DNA of 55,866 nucleotides from a virus. Taxonomy: Duplodnaviria; Caudoviricetes. The notes beneath the pieces were generated by a model, which saw nothing but the letters and a program-made list of their open reading frames with translations, had not been told where the DNA came from and did not search any database. Shown one piece after another: positions 54,879 through 55,866 of the stretch; within the stretch, counting starts at the first letter, position 1, and each line of letters begins with the position of its first letter. The DNA is taken from the IMG/VR virus record IMGVR_UViG_3300033417_000010, positions 1 through 55,866 of that record; one strand, given 5' to 3'. The position numbers were made by a program, and so were the translations under genes.

Positions 54879-55564
54879 CTCGAACGGGAGCACGCGAAAT
54901 GACCAGTGCACGAACAATCCGCCGTGAAGCCGTGAAGCGGGAGATCCGCACGGCCAAGCAGGGCAACGCCCGCGATGCAATCGGGACGCTGACCCCGGGC
55001 GCCGAGCTGTTCGTGCTCACGTTCGGTCAGTTTTCGCTCATTGACGTTCTCGGCTCGCTCCTCGAACAGACGGGGCCGGCGCATGTCGTGATCTCGACCT
55101 GGACGGCGGGTATTCGTGACACCGCCAAGGCCGCGTGGTTCGTCGAACAGGCGGTCGTCCTTTCCATGCGGTTCCTCGTGGATCGCTCGTTCATCACGCG
55201 CCAGCCCGCGTATTGCAGGGCCATGCGCAAGGCGTTCGGCGACGACTGCATCCGCACGACCCGGACGCACGCGAAGTTCATGACGCTGCGCAACGACAAA
55301 TGGACGCTCGCGCTCAGAACGTCGATGAACCTCAATGAGAATGAGCAGATGGAGAATCTGGAGATCAGCGACGATCCGGCTCTCTGCGCGTTCCTCGAAT
55401 CCGTCGCCGACGACATCTATGCGGAGCAGGGAGCGGGCGACTTCAGCGGCGAGCTTCCGGTGCTGGCGTCCATCGACAACGTCGAGCGCCCCGGACGCAT
55501 CGCCATGGGACGAGCGTCAGGCAGCCGGATCCGGGTGCAGCCCCATCCGCCGTCCGAACTCTAG
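54875..55564 (+). CDS. Phospholipase D-like nuclease-fold protein
   Basis: THAKF and TSMNLNEN.QME (HxK...SxN...E) motifs. Confidence 0.7.
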   Translation: MTRTGAREMTSARTIRREAVKREIRTAKQGNARDAIGTLTPGAELFVLTFGQFSLIDVLGSLLEQTGPAHVVISTWTAGIRDTAKAAWFVEQAVVLSMRFLVDRSFITRQPAYCRAMRKAFGDDCIRTTRTHAKFMTLRNDKWTLALRTSMNLNENEQMENLEISDDPALCAFLESVADDIYAEQGAGDFSGELPVLASIDNVERPGRIAMGRASGSRIRVQPHPPSEL

Positions 55565-55824
55565 CTGGCGAAGTGCTTGAACCATGTGCGGATCTCACTC
55601 TGCGCCTGCTTCTCGACGCCGATCGCGGGGTGAGGTACCGCAAAGCCCTTCGCATCCTCCACGACCAACCCTTCCTCCGCGATGCGTTTCTGGGCGTCCC
55701 GCATCCGGTATACCTGAGTAACCAGCGACTCGAATTCGATCGCGCTGATGTACTCATCGACCTGCGGCCTCAGCTCGTCCCAGATCGCGGCCATTTCTGG
55801 TGTCAGGTGCTTGGGCTTTTTCAT
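55561..55824 (-). CDS. P27-family terminase small subunit-like protein
   Basis: PKHL..E...W..L, I.EEGL......HPAI..EKQA..EIR pattern. Confidence 0.7.
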   Translation of the reverse strand: MKKPKHLTPEMAAIWDELRPQVDEYISAIEFESLVTQVYRMRDAQKRIAEEGLVVEDAKGFAVPHPAIGVEKQAQSEIRTWFKHFAS

Positions 55825-55861
55825 GGCTACGCCGTCCAGCGGGCGGGCGCGGGCTCGCCCA
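55736..55861. repeat. Terminal direct repeat, copy 2
   Basis: Identical to 1-126. Confidence 0.95.
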
Positions 55862-55866
55862 GCAGC

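Noticed and set aside
1-55866. Frequent GATC/TCGA/CGATCG words as a methylation signal
   Set aside because: Not quantifiable by eye and explicable by ATC/GAG/GAC codon bias in high-GC genes.

Overview
The window is an apparently complete, circularly assembled ~55.7-kb high-GC tailed phage genome. Bases 1-126 repeat exactly at 55736-55861. It has lambda-like packaging genes (Nu1-type TerS, GpA-type TerL, a cosQ-like motif, lambda-family portal), a fused S49 protease-scaffold-HK97 capsid gene, and a siphovirus tail. Almost all genes are on the minus strand, reading in this order: regulation/early genes (53.5k-47k), recombination (SSAP-like, SbcD, DNA methyltransferase, SbcC), a lysogeny remnant, HerA-like ATPase, replication initiator with palindromic iterons plus a DnaC-like loader, RusA, a ~7-kb glycan-modification cluster, packaging/head/tail genes, and a lysis region. 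A short plus-strand operon lies at 53.6-55.56 kb. Four things stand out. (1) A nine-enzyme glycan-building operon (three tandem Maf/DUF115/sialyltransferase-like paralogues, GT-D, GT-A, GT9-like and GT8-like transferases, a methyltransferase and a sulfotransferase) directly upstream of cos/terminase suggests an unusually elaborate virion glycosylation pathway. (2) The lysis region contains a translationally coupled pair: a small 'PCPPxC' protein and a ~7-TM membrane protein, resembling a bacterial peptide-sensing cassette. (3) There are scars of lost temperance: a cytosine-methyltransferase start fused to an integrase tail beside a tRNA-Gln half-gene (attP), and a truncated repressor HTH. (4) The Tal/baseplate-hub domain appears split across two genes by a PKD-linker-lectin insert. 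All family assignments come from motif recognition by eye; no database searches were run.
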